DNA from: the human T2T-CHM13v2.0 reference genome, Homo sapiens
DNA length: 64,000 nt
Reading direction: 5' to 3' (one strand)
Assembly: GCF_009914755.1 (NCBI RefSeq)
Contig: NC_060928.1
This document shows positions 1-17,118 of the stretch, piece by piece. The notes beneath the pieces were generated by a model. The model saw only the letters and a program-made list of their open reading frames with translations, ran no database searches and was not told where the DNA came from. The position numbers were made by a program, and so were the translations under genes. How positions within the stretch are numbered: position 1 is the stretch's first letter; each line of letters begins with the position of its first letter.

Positions 1-137
1 GGATAATTAAAACACACGACAATCATATCACAAAATATTTGATTGTCTAAAAGCAGATAACATAACAATAATTAATGACAATAAATCAATGATGTGTAAT
101 CTAATATAAGACAGAAAAGTGAAAGTGAGTGAAAGGG

Positions 138-395
138 TGTATTAGTTTTCTATGGCTGTTGCAAGAAATTACAACAAACTTGGTAACTAAAATCAACAGA
201 TGTTTATCCTCATACAATTCTGGAGGACAGAAACCCAAAATAAAAAATGTATATTACTGGGCTGAAATAAAGGTGTCAGCAGGGATACACTCACTTTAAA
301 AAAATTAGGGAGAAATCCATTTATTGCTCTTTCCAGCTTCTGGTGGCAGCCAACATTCCTTGTTTTTTGGCCCTAACACTGTGCCTCTCTGATCA
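138..395 (-). mobile_element. MaLR LTR fragment (MLT1-type)
   Basis: Begins tgtattagttttctatggctg and contains MLT1-like motifs ttctggagg, aaggtgtcagcaggg and ttccagcttctggtggc; truncated on the right. Confidence 0.7.
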
Positions 396-919
396 CATAA
401 GAAATGAATGTGAAGACTGAGCGAATGTGAAATCTTATAAAACATTATTTTAAGTTGATGTTAACATGGAACACTCAATGCATTAAATACTATATCTGAG
501 ATATATCTGAGATATTTATTAAGAAATTGTACAATATTCTATTCTCCAAACATCTCTTCCACATCAACAAATCAGGAGGAATTATCGTGATAGTATAAAA
601 AGCAATTAAATATGAAACAATTTTCATAAAATCTGTGCATTCAAAGGTACATCAGAGTAACCTCAAGACTTTTTTTTACTTAGAATTTTTAATAAAATTT
701 AGATAACATGTAAAGGAGCACATAGAAGAGCGATGTAAATACTAGTAATTCCTGAAAGTATTAGTAAATTGATAGCTGACATTCAGGTGGATGATACTGA
801 GGTGGAAAAAGAAGAAATTGGGGAAGAGAAATCTGTTTGTATATAGACAGTACAGAGAGAACACCACACATTTTAACAGTTTCTGACACTATCACAGTAT
901 TATAATGATGATTATTGCT

Positions 920-1112
920 TGCAAGAGTGTAGAGTGTATGAGCCCAGAGTATAAACCCACATTTGCTTCTAAGGTACATTTTCTTTTTACCTCCAAAATG
1001 GTACTACTACCTCCATTTCCTTATCTGTAAAACGAGGATGATATTAGTGCCTACCTCAAAGGGTTGTCATAAATATTATATAAAATATTAAATATGAGTG
1101 CACATAAAGTGA
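920..1112 (+). mobile_element. MIR SINE fragment
   Basis: MIR core tttccttatctgtaaaacgaggatgata...cctacctcaaagggttgt. Confidence 0.65.
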
Positions 1113-1566
1113 TTTCTATCAGAACATATATATATGATAAATATTATGAGGGAGATCTTGGAAATGTCACAAATACTGATGCTACAAAACAGACTCAGTA
1201 TAATACACTTCTCTTTCAAGAAAGTGATTACTATAGTAGGAAATACATTTGTAATGTATAATATATATTTAGTAATTTTTGATCTTTTAAGAGATATATT
1301 TCAATTATTTGGAGTTACCGCTTGCACAAAAACATCTCAATAAACTTCAATAAACCATGTATGATTAAATATATATTTGTACAACAGTGACTGAAAAGAT
1401 TTTAGTCATAAGCTGCCCTCCTATTTATAAGGGATAAAAGAAATATCACACATTAATGTTAAAGTAGTTATATTGGTATGTAAAAATGTAAATTTTAAAA
1501 TTAAAATTAAACAATATATTTTTATTTTAATGAGGAATTATGAATTTTTGATTAACAAATATTTCT

Positions 1567-2584
1567 GAAGTGGGCATGGTTCCAAGATGGCCAAATAGGA
1601 ACAGTTCCAGTCTACAGCTCCCAGTGTGAGCGACCCAGAAGACGGGTGATATCTGCATTTCCCACTAAGGTACCAGGTTCATCTCACTGGGGCTTGTCAG
1701 ACAGTGGGGGAATGACAGTGGGTGCAGCCCACCGAGCATGAGCCAAAGCAGGGCAAGGCATCATCTCACCCAGGAAGCACAAGGGGTCAGGGAATTCCCT
1801 TTCCTTGCCAAGGGAAGCAGTGACGCATGGCACGTGGAAAATCGGGTCACTCACACCCTAATACTGCGCTTTTCCAATGGTCTTAGCAAATGACACATCA
1901 GGAGTTTATATCCCACGCCGGGCTTGGAGGGTCCCACGCCCACGGAGCCTCACTCATTGCTAGTACAGCAGTCTGAGATCAAACTGCAAGGTGGCAGCAA
2001 GACTGGGGGAGGGGTGCCCACCATTGCTGAGGCTTGAGTAGGTAGACAAAGCAGCTGGGAAGCTCGAACTGGGTGGAGCCCAGCACAGCTCAAGGAGGCC
2101 TGCCTGCCTCTGTAGGGTAGGGTATAGCCAAATAAAAGGCAGCAGAAACCTCTACAACTTAAATGTCCCTGTCTGACAGCTTTGAAGAGAGTAGTGGTTC
2201 TCCTAGCACGGAGTTGGAGATCTGAGAATGGACAGACTGCTTCCTCAAGTGGGTCCCTGACCCCCAAGTAGCCTAACTGGGAGGCACCCCCCAGTAGGGG
2301 CAGACTGACAGCTCACACGGCCAGGTACCCTTCTGAGATGAAGCTTCCAGAGGAACGATCAGGCAGCAACATTTGCTGTTCAGCAATATTCACTGTTCTG
2401 TAGCCTCTGCTGCTGATACCCAGGCAAACAGGGTCCGGAGTGGACCTCTAGCAAACTCCAACAGACCTGCAGCTGAGGGTCCTGACTGTTAGAAGGAAAA
2501 CTAACAAACAGAAAGGACATACACACCAAAACCCCATCTGTACGTCACCATCATCAAAGACCAAAAGTAGATAAAACCACAAAG
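1567..2584 (+). promoter_or_regulatory. L1 5'UTR internal sense/antisense promoter with intact YY1 site
   Basis: YY1 motif caagatggcc at 1583-1592; relatively GC/CpG-rich; retains the ~129-bp segment (2329-2456) lost in younger L1s. Confidence 0.8.
1950..2024 (-). pseudogene. L1 ORF0, truncated at 24 aa
   Basis: MVGTPPPVLLPPCSLISDCCTSNE* matches the ORF0 N-terminus (MAGAPPPASLPPCSLISDCCASNQ); premature TGA at 1950-1952. Confidence 0.8.
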
Positions 2585-3601
2585 ATGGGGAAAAAACAGA
2601 GCAGAAAAGCTGAAAATTCTAAAAATCAGAGCAACTCTCCCCCTCCAAAGGATCACAGCTCCTTGCCAGCAACAGAAAAAAGCTGGATGGAGAATGACTT
2701 TGACGAGTTGAGAGAAGAAGGCTTCAGACGATCAAACTTCTCCGAGCTAAAGGAGGAAGTTCGAACCCACTGCAAAGAAGCTAAAAACCTTGAAAAAAGA
2801 TTAGACGAATGGATAACTAGAATAACCAGTGTAGAGAAGTCCTTAAATGACCTGATGGAGCTGAAAACCATGGCACAAGAACTATATGACAAATGCACAA
2901 GCTTCAGTAGCCGATTCAATCAACTGGAAGAAAGGGTATCAGTGACTGAAGATCAAATGAATGAAATGAAGCGAGAAGAGAAGTTTAGAGAAAAAAGAGT
3001 AAAAAGAAATGAATAAAGCTCCAAGAAATATGGGACTATGTGAAAAGACCAAATCTACGTCTGATTGGTGTACCTGAAAGTGACGGGGAGAGTGTTTTCC
3101 AAGTTGGAAGGCACTCTGCAGGATATTATCCAGGAGAACTTCCCCAAACTAGCAAGGCAGGCCAACATTCAAATTCAGGAAATACAGAGAATGCCACAAA
3201 GATACTCCTCCAGAAGAGCAACTCCAAGACGCATAATTGTCAGATTCATCAAAGTTGAAATGAAGGAAAAAATGTTAAGGACAGCCAGAGAGAAAGGTCG
3301 GGTTACCCACAAAGGGAAGCCCGTCAGACTAACAGTGGATCTCTTGGCAGAAACTCTACAAGCCAGAAGAGAATGAGGGCCAATATTCAACATTCTTAAA
3401 GAAAAGAATTTTCAACCCAGAATTTCATATCCAGCCAAACTAAGCTTCATAAGTTAAGGAGAAATAAAATCCTTTACAGACAAGCAAATGCTGAGAGATT
3501 TTGTCACCACCAGGCCTGCCCTACAAGAGCTCCTGAAGGAAGCACTCAACATGGAAAGGAACAACCGGTACCAGCCACTGCAAAAACATGCCAAATTGTA
3601 A
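2585..3601 (+). pseudogene. L1 ORF1p (RNA-binding chaperone), disrupted
   Basis: Starts MGKKQSRK with coiled coil, RRM and CTD-like segments split across ORFs 2585, 3040 and 3065; stop at 3014-3016, frameshifts, further stop at 3374-3376. Confidence 0.95.
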
Positions 3602-3664
3602 AGACCATCGATGCTAGGAAGAAACTGCATCAACTAACAAGCAAAATAACCAGCTATCATCATA

Positions 3665-7457
<3,793 letters not shown>

Positions 7458-7659
7458 ACAATGAGAACACGTGGACACAGGAAGGGGAACATCACAGACC
7501 GGGGCCTGTTGTGGAGTGGGGGGAGTGGGGAGGGATAGCATTGGGAGATATACCTAATGTAAATGACGAGTTAATGGGTGCAGCACACCAACATGGCACA
7601 TGTATACATATGTAACAAACCTGCATGTTGTGCGCATGTACCCTAGAACTTAAAGTATA

Positions 7660-7661
<2 letters not shown>

Positions 7662-7715
<54 letters not shown>
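7662..7715 (+). repeat. (AC)22(AT)n microsatellite in place of the L1 poly(A) tail
   Basis: Directly follows the L1 terminus aaagtataat. Confidence 0.95.
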
Positions 7716-8019
7716 TTCTATGTCATTTAGATATAGTTTGGGTTTGGACTAAACCAACTTGGAATTCATGCGCTATTATCTTAACCTTTAACGAAAATAA
7801 CATGAGTCAGCATATGAACTAAGAAATTATGGGACTGATAGTTAACTTCTCTTACAAATTTGGATTTTAGTACAAATTATATATGCAAAGATATTCTAAA
7901 ATATAATAAAATGTAAAACATCTTTTTACTTTAATGTTTTTATAAGAAAGTAAAAACAGTACCTTTAAAATTAATAAATGTGTCAGGTGTCAATTTATCT
8001 AATATTTAAATAAGCATAT

Positions 8020-8243
8020 AAAGTTTAGGAGACCTATTGTACAATATGGTTACTATAGTTAATAATAATGTACAATATTATAGACATGAAAATTGCTAAA
8101 AGATATTTCAAATGTTCTCATAAGTATGTGATTTAATACTTACGTTAATTAGCCTGATTTAGCCATTCCACAATGTATATGCAAATCAAACACTAAGTTG
8201 TATACCAAAAATGTATATGATTTTTATTTTTCAATTGAAATAA
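8020..8243 (+). mobile_element. L1MA-type 3' end fragment
   Basis: gagacctattgtacaatatggttactatagttaataata...aaattgctaa...gatttagccattccacaatgtata. Confidence 0.75.
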
Positions 8244-9357
8244 TTACATACATAAATAACATAAAAACTCAGGCAAAAATATGCATGTATCAGGCAAAGA
8301 AATAAACTAAATGATTTTGTATGAGAAAATGCTTTAAGATATCATTGACCTTGTGTCTAGACAAATGGACAAATGGTATAGTGTTAATTTCTTGGTAATA
8401 CAATACCTATGGCTTCATCAAATTTGCCTTGTTTCCATGTGTTAGGTTTATGTCTTCTATGGCATGAGTTAATTTTTTCATATTAATGAAAGAAAGATAA
8501 TTTGTATGTTTTTACTCCCGTAGGTTTTTACTCCCAAAACTTTTACTCACTTTATGTGTAATTCCAGTCTGATCACTGCTATGTTTGCCTTCTCTTTTAT
8601 ATTGAGGGTCAGGTTGAAGGAATACAAAATTAAAACAAAAGGATTCTTCTTGTGTCTGAGTAAATGCTTATTCAACATGTGAGGGATTGAGTAAAAGTTT
8701 TTTTTTTGTTTTTTTTTTTTTAGTGATTCTGCATTGCAGTTCATCAGGAATACTGAAAACAAAATCTGATTTATCATGATCTGTTCTGAGAGGTGACCAC
8801 TTCACAGTGAAACTGCCACTTACATTGTCAATTCAGGAGTCCTACAATTTCAATGCTTAATAAAAGAACAAACAAATACAAAAGTGCAAATAAAAGCAAA
8901 AACAATGGCAAAATTCCATTGAATCTTCTTTGATCACTGCAAGTCTTCCCTTAGTAAGGATGTGGATGTTTAGACAGTGACTCAATTGTAGATGTGGATA
9001 TCAAATGCAATTTGCTTTACCATAAATAGAAAAAATAACACATAAATGTATATTCTACAGTCAAAAACAGAAATTTAGGCAATGTGGCTTCTTTTATTTT
9101 ACTGGTATGAAAGAAGAGGCAATTTTCTCTGTGTCTCAGAGATCTCTATTAAGATTTTGGGGAAAGTGATGCAGAAAATAGAATGATGGCTTATGTAGTT
9201 AACTCTTTACATAAATTTCAGTGGTTTTCTTGTTGTTATTGAAGAACGTAACTAGATCCTAATGGAAATGACTTCATGGTCGGGAAAATAGCAAAAGGAA
9301 AAATTATCAAACCTAAATGTGTGAATTAGGTTTTTCACTTAAAAGAAGTGTAACTGT

Positions 9358-11563
9358 GTAAGAATGCTTGTGATTTTTGCACATTGGTTTTGTATCCTGA
9401 GAATTTGCTGCAGTTGCTTATCAGCTTAAGAAGATTTTGAGCAGAGATGATGGGGTTTTCTAAATATACAATCATGTCATCTGCAGACAGAGACAATTTT
9501 ACTTCCTCTCTTCCTATTTGAATACACTTTAGTTATTTCTCTTGCCTGATTGTCTTGGCCAGAACTTCCAATACTATGTTGAATAGGAGTGGTGAGAGAG
9601 GGCATCCTTGTCTTGTGTTGGTTTTCAAAGGGAATGCTTCCAGCTTTTGCCCATTCAGTATGATATTGGCTGTGGGTTTCTCATAAATAGCTCTTATTAT
9701 TTTGAGATATGTTCCATCAATACCTAGATTATTGTGAGTTTTTAGCATGAAGGGGTGTTGAATCTTATCAAAGGTCTTGACAAACAGAGAGCCAAATCAT
9801 GAGTGAACTCCCATTCACATTTGCTACAAAGATAATTAAATACCTAGAGATACAACTTACAAGGAATGTGAAGTACCTCTTTAAGGAGAACTACAAACCA
9901 CTTCTCAAGGAAATAAGAGAGGACACAAGCAAATGGAAAAATATTCTGTGCTCATGGATAGGAAGAATCAATATTGTGAAAATGGCCATACTGCCTAAAG
10001 TAATTTATAGATTCAATGCTATCCCTATCAAGCTACCATTGACTTTCTTCACAGAATTAGAAAGAACTACTTTAAATTTCATACAGAACCAAAAAAAGAG
10101 CCCATATAGCCAAGACAATCCTAAGCAAAAAGGACAAAGCTGGAGACATCACGGTACCTGACTTCAAACTACACTACAAGGCTACAGTAACCAAAACAGC
10201 ATGGTACTGGGACCAAAACAGATATATGGACCAATGGAACAGAACAGAGACCTCAGAAATAACACCACACATCTACAACCATCTGATCCTTGACAAACCT
10301 GACACAAACAACGAATTGGGAAAGGATTCCCTATTTAATAAATGGTGTTGGGAAAACTGGCTAGCCATATGCAGAAAACTGAAAGTGGACCCCTTCCTTA
10401 CACCTTATACGAAAATTAATTCAAGATAGATTAAAGACTTAAACGTAAGACCTAAAACCATAAAAACCCTAGAAGAAAACCTAGGCAATACCATTCAGGA
10501 CATAGTCATGGCCAAAGATTTCAATGACTGAAACAACAAAAGCAACAGCAACAAAAGCCAAAATTGACAAATGGGATCTAATTAAAGAGCTTCTGCACAG
10601 CAAATGAAACTATCATCAGAGTGAACAGGCAGCCTACAGAATGGGAGAAAAATTTTGCAATCTACCCATCTGACAAAGGGCTAATATCCAGAATCTACAA
10701 AGAACTTAAACAAATTTACAAGAAAAAAACAACCCCATGAAAAATTGGTCAAAGGATATGAACAGACGCTTCTCAAAAGAAGACATTTATATGGCCAACA
10801 AACATGAAAAAAAGCTCATTATCACTTGTCATTAGAGAAATGAAAATCAAAACCACAATGAGATACCATCTCACACCAGTTAGAATGGCAATCATTAAAA
10901 CGTCAGGAAACAACAGATGATGGAGAGGATGTGGAGAAACAGGAACGATTTACACTGTTGGTGGGAGTGTAAATTAAGTCAACCATTGTGAAAGATGGTA
11001 TGGCGATTCCTCAAGGATCTAGAACCAGAAATACCATTTGACCCAGCAATCCCATTACTGGGTATATACCCAAAGTATTATAAATAATTCTACTATAAAG
11101 ACACATGCACATGTATGTTTATTGCAGGACTGTTCACAATAGCAAAGACTTGGAACCAACCCAAATGCCCATCAATAATAGACCTGATAAAGAAAATATG
11201 GTGCATATATATTATGGAATACTATGCAGCCATAAAAAAGGATGAGTTCATATCCTTTGCAGGGACATGGATGAAGCTGGAAACCATCATTCTCAGAAAA
11301 CTAACATAGGAACAGAAAACCAAACACCGCGTGTTCTGACTCGTAAGTGGGACTTAAACAATGAGAACACATGGACACAGCGAAGGGAACATCACACACC
11401 AGAGCATGTCAGGGAGCTAGGGGAGGGATAGCATTAGGAGAAATACCTAATGTAGATGATGGGTTGATGGGTGCAGCAAACCACCATGGCACATATATAC
11501 CTATGTAACAAACCTGCCTGTTCTGCACGTGTATCCCAGAACTTAAAGTATAATAAAACAAAA
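9358..11563 (+). mobile_element. 5'-truncated, 5'-inverted LINE-1 (L1PA7-like)
   Basis: Minus-strand ORF2 piece 9358-9776 joined to sense ORF2 and 3'UTR from ~9779; TSD aagtgtaactgt at 9346-9357 and 11564-11575; TT/AAAA endonuclease site at 9339-9344. Confidence 0.95.
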
Positions 11564-12959
11564 AAGTGTAACTGTATCTATAACTTTAACATTAGGATTC
11601 AGCAATCATTTCCAATATCCTCTAAATATAGTCTTCAGTAATTTCCTCCATTTCTTTGAAAGACATATGTACCTTAGCATATCTCTTTATCATACAGCTC
11701 AGCTTTACAAGTTGCAGATTTGCCCAGCGGAAGTTATTTTCTCTTTTGTATGTCATGGTAAAAATATACACAATTTTAGTCAAAACATTTTGAGATCTTA
11801 TGAAATCCATATTTTCTCTTCTTGTCATTAATGATTCTAATAAATAAATTAATCACCACTTTTGCATCTTCCCATAAGAAAGAATAACTGTTCTGGTTTT
11901 AAGTTGGCAGGGAGCAAAGATAAAATGACTCCTGTGTAACTTTCATTCTACACTAGTCTAGAGCCAAAACTAGATGTAAAATAAAATAAAATAAAATAAA
12001 ATCCATAACCCTTCCTTGTGAGCTTTTTCACACTTAAGACTCTTCAGGGAAGAAATCATTAATTCAGGATTGCCTCTTTCAATTTCTGTTTCTATCATGA
12101 GGACATAAGGTTACATTCTCTCATAAAGCAATTTACATAATGATTCAAACCAAATTTTCAAGCTAAATTTTGGGGCACTAAGATAATCAGAAAAAAACGT
12201 CTAAAGGGATTAAGTAAGTGCCTGAATAGCTAGTTCCTGATGACATCAGGAAATTAAAAATTGTAATAAGGGAACTAACTTCTTACCCTGTCCAGACCTC
12301 CCACTTCAAGTTTTAAAATCTACACTTACTCCAAGAAAAAAAAAATGACTTTTTAATGCTGTATCATGCTAAATAGATGGGAAGTTTAAAAGTCATTTAC
12401 CTAAATTAGTAAGTGTAGGAATGAACTATTCATTTAGAAATATAAGAACAAATCACATATCTATATTTTCAAATTCTGTATTTCTAGATTTTATTTTTCT
12501 TTCTAAAAAACTCTAATAGTCTATGAAATCTGATATTCTGAAATCTGTCAAAAATGTCTCTTTTTCTCTTATACAGTTGATTAGAAGACAGACATATTGC
12601 AATATCATTTGTAACATAGAGTATTTAATCTTGCTATCTAATTTCCAAAAATAGATTTAAACACATCATAGAGCTTAAATTCTATTCACACATAGGTTAT
12701 ATGTATATATATATATATAAATATATATATATAATGAATAAATTATGTTTCATTTCACTTTGGATATTATTGGACAGTATAATACAAAATGTACTCTGAG
12801 TTTAATAGTAAAAGCATCACAATATACACTTTAAAATATTATCTGCATCTACTAATGTCAGTTTTTTAATGTATGCAACTTTCATTTTAAGTAACAATGT
12901 ATTTCACTTGGTTGTTTTAAACTATACCAGTTGGCTTTAAACTTTTAGTAACCAACAAG

Positions 12960-13740
12960 TGTTCAAAAGTTAAGTATTCTATGGTTTCCAGTTCCTGGCC
13001 ATATTTTCCTAATCTTTGTTTATATTTCTTTGAATCTATTTAGGACATTGTTTTAAAGTCCATGTTTGAAAACCCCATTAACTAAATCTCTTTGAGTCTT
13101 TTTCTGTTATCCAATGCTTCCTTTGGTTTTTATGAGATTTTCTTAATTTATTGCATCACTAGTCATATTTTTGTTGGTACGCGCGCTTATGTGTGTGTTT
13201 AAATCGCACACTTTATATTGTATGTGAAAAAACTGTAGTAAAATTTGGAAAATAAGGAAAATAATATGCTGTTACTTTCCTTCAGAAGGCTTTATGTTGC
13301 CTTCAGGTAGGTGGCTATGGGAAAGAAAAACTCTAGATAACCCTAAAACCTTTTTCCGGTATTGAGATAATTGGATAAGGGCTTTCATCCTTGTTGGAAT
13401 TGGACTATTTTCTGACTATATATATAAAGTCCCATATGTCAGGCTTACCAATTGGGTTTTCTTTATGTTCTGTACCATTACTATTCTAATATCATAAAGC
13501 AGAAGTTGACTCTGTGCCCAAGTCAGTAGTTTTTCTCAAAGGAAGTTGTAATCTGAACTACCCTGCATTATTAAAACTAGAAGGCCCCTCATGTTATTCT
13601 CCCATTTAGTAAACAACATTAAAATCATTTTATTAAGTTATAAAGCAGTCTACTGGTATTTGATAAGAACTGCTTTAGATATAAATTTGGGAAGAATGGG
13701 TATTTTTACATTATTTAGTTTTCCATTTGGGAATGCAATA
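12960..13740 (-). mobile_element. Old L1M fragments
   Basis: Degenerate reverse-strand L1 motifs, e.g. tagatataaatttgggaagaatgggtatttttacattatt. Confidence 0.5.
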
Positions 13741-14869
13741 GTATAAAGGATGAGTTATATCCCTCTTTTTTATGTTGAAAAAATATATATCTTTATTTAT
13801 TAAGTATATTTTTTTATTTTTGTAACCCACCACAATATGAAAAAGATATATATTTTAAAACTAGTATATATTTTTTAAAAATTAAAAAAATTGCCAGAGA
13901 GAAATTCAAATCACTGAGAACAAGTAGAAAAGTTTTGTTATTATACAAATATTACTAAAATTCAAGATGAGTATCTAATAAAGATAGACAAGTATACTCC
14001 TAAGACACATTTTTTGATATGCCAACAGTTCCTTTGTTGCATATTAGTGTACTTTAAATTATTTCTTAAAGTACTTAAGAAAAAAATTGAAATGTTTAGA
14101 TACTCCAATCATGTGTCATAGAAGATGATTTGTCATGTAGCAGCAATAGAGTAAGTTATTAAGATAGCTTTTGTTTTTATGGTCATAATAGTTTTTGTTG
14201 TCAAACATAAAATTGTCAAACATTGTATTTAAGTAAAATACAAATATTGACCACTGTTTGCAATATGATTTCTTAAAGTAACCTGGCAATAATGAAATGT
14301 ATATCCTAGCATTAATGAAATAAAAATATGTCCTTAAAATATGCTATTCAAGTCAAGTTTTATTTCTTAGGACCCATATATATAGATAATTATTATACTT
14401 GGAATCCAAAAGTTGGAATAGGTAGAACATTATGTCCTCCTGACTAACACTAGGATCCACATATGATCCTTTATGCCTTAAAATAAAATCTGTCGTGTGA
14501 AGGTTTATGAAAGATACAAAGAGATGTATAAAGCTCTTCTTCCTGTATATACATTTAAGATGATAATTTTTTGGTTATGGTGTTCATTATTTAATGATAT
14601 GGATTTTGACATTTGTTTTTTCCAAAATCTCATTGAAAGGTTAAGACAAATTTTTGATACCCATAGAAGTATGAAAAAATGCGTAAGTCTTAGAGCTAAA
14701 AGTTTTGTTATAAACATCCATTCTGGTTGCTTCAGTAATCACCATTTGACAGTAGAGAGAGGAAACTGACATAAACTTATGACAACTAGTTCCTAAGAAA
14801 TCTACACAATTTGGAAAAGATTTAGTCAGTTGTTTTTTAAAATATATTTAAAAATAATATATCCACTTA

Positions 14870-16940
14870 GAATATTAGATAAAGAAGAGCCATGAATGCC
14901 TAAAGTAAGTGTAAGAGAAATAACAAATAAATAGAGCAGAAATCAGTAAAAATGAGGAAAGAAAATCACTTTGGAAATTTCTAAAACAAAAAGCTGGTTG
15001 CTCAAAAAAATATCAATGAAGACCAATAAAATTGATAGTCTAGCCACATTAACCAAGAAGAAAAAGGAAGACAAAATTTACCAATATCAGAAATGAAAGG
15101 TGGGTCATAATCACTGATCCCACGAGTATTAAAATGGTAATAAAGGAATACTATGAACAACATTATAGTATTATATCACACGAATATTACAACTAAGTTG
15201 AAATGTACCAATTTTCTAAAAGACAGAATCTAAGAAAACATATACAAGGAGAAATAGATTATTTTAAAAGACCTACTATTATTAATTAAATAAATTGAAT
15301 AAGTAATTTATAATCTTTCCCCCCAAAGAAACTCAGTTGGATTCACTGACCTCTACAAAACATCTGAGAAAATATACCAGTTTTCTACAATTTCTTCCAG
15401 AAAATATAAACAAAGGGAATAATTCCTCTAATTCTTTCTATAAGGCTAATCTAGGTATTTACACAACTAATTATAAAACATGTCCATAAATAATCAGTGC
15501 AAGAATATTTACAATAACTGTTTTATAAATGCCAGCATCAGGAACCAACCAAGTAGCCTTTCAAAAGATGAACGTATAAACAAACTGTAGTACCATCATA
15601 CAAAGGAATATTTTTCAGCAATTAAAAAAATAGCCATCAACCAACAAAAAGACATGAATGGTCTTAAATGCATATTACTTAGGAAGAAATGGTTGATGAG
15701 ATTCCATGCAGGGGGTTTTGTAGAGCATTGAAATCATTCTGCATCATACAAAATGTTACATAAATTACCTTATTCATCCAAATCCATAGAGTTGTACAAC
15801 ACAAAGAGTAATCTTTAATTTATGCAAGTTATACAAATAATTTAGGAAGTCAGATAATCTAGAACTCCCAATAGCCAAAGGTGGACAAATTTGTAAAAGA
15901 AAATAAATAAGGAAGTATTGCATTATTACCCAAACTATAAAAGGAAGGAATACATATTCTGAAAACGAAAGTTGAACTGTGCAAATGTACAAAACAACCT
16001 AAATAAAGTGTATAAGCATAAAGGTAATGACCCAAGTAACTTTGAAAATAGTTGGGGCTATAAGTCTAAATTCAAAAGAAATGGCACATAAACACTGCAT
16101 TCTCATCAATAAAATTTGTTTCCCATAGGGAACAGGTTAATAATTCTCATATGGCTACACGCGTGTTCTGAAATTGAACAATTGTGTTAATAATCGGGTT
16201 TCTTACTGTTGGAGAGGAGATAGGCAGACTAGCAAGGGAAGAGTGATAGAATGGCTTATGTGTTAATGGACTAGAATCAGAGACATTAGTATTTACTCAT
16301 GTTTAGCTTATAGATATAGATGGTTACAAGGAAAATACTTACAGTTACGTGTATATACATGTTAGTATGTATACATATACTTCTTTGCGTAATCAAATAA
16401 GAAATCCTTAAAGAAATGATTCCCTTATTGCAATAAACACACCTAATGCTCATATCTTGGTTTATAATATGACTGTCTAATAAAAAAATCATAACTTTTG
16501 GAGAAATGGTTAATTCTAGAACTGGAGGAGGAAATATACAAGATGAGCCTGGAATGTTTGCAGTGCTAGGAAGGAAGCAAGAATGCAAAAGCAACTAAAC
16601 ATTAAACACATTGACATGGGATTATGTCAAAGTGTCAGAGGAACCAACTGAAAGAACCCCCAATGTCCAAAGCTGAAACAATTAGAACAAGAAAATGAAT
16701 AAAGAGTATTGGATTATAACCTAACCTATAAAGTAAGTATCATTTAATACATGCTGACATAAATAAATGATTAAATAAAACGATGAGCGGTAGAGAAGAG
16801 ACAAATGTTGTATGCAGAAGAATTTCAAATTAATTATGTAGACTTCACCCTCAATGAGTGAGAACATAATGTCCCACTCTTTTAATGTACCCTATTCATA
16901 GTGACTAATTTCCAGACAGTACAGTAGGGAAAAGGGAAAA
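14870..16940 (+). mobile_element. Old L1 (L1MC-type): ORF2 fragment plus 3'UTR
   Basis: agagcagaaatcagtaaaa...aaagctggttg...ccaatatcagaaatgaaagg (ORF2), then L1MC 3' motifs such as tggagaaatggttaattctagaactgg...atacaagatgagcctgg. Confidence 0.7.
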
Positions 16941-17118
16941 TATTGTATACTAACCAGGAGAGCCAATGTTATTTCATTTGGATTTATCATTATATGAATT
17001 AAGTACCAAGCATGAAATAATCTTTTACTGGGGACAGGGGTGGATGTGCAAGGATAAATTTGAAAACCTCAATGACAGAATATGTTAGGCTTCTTGATAG
17101 TCTTTGCTTTATACACAG

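Noticed and set aside
491-512. 11-bp tandem duplication tatatctgaga x2 (similar short duplications near 52167 and 54481)
   Set aside because: Ordinary slippage duplications; two units only, not an array
13780-13856. 15-bp inverted repeat aaaatatatatcttt / aaagatatatatttt
   Set aside because: Low-complexity AT sequence; plausible by chance
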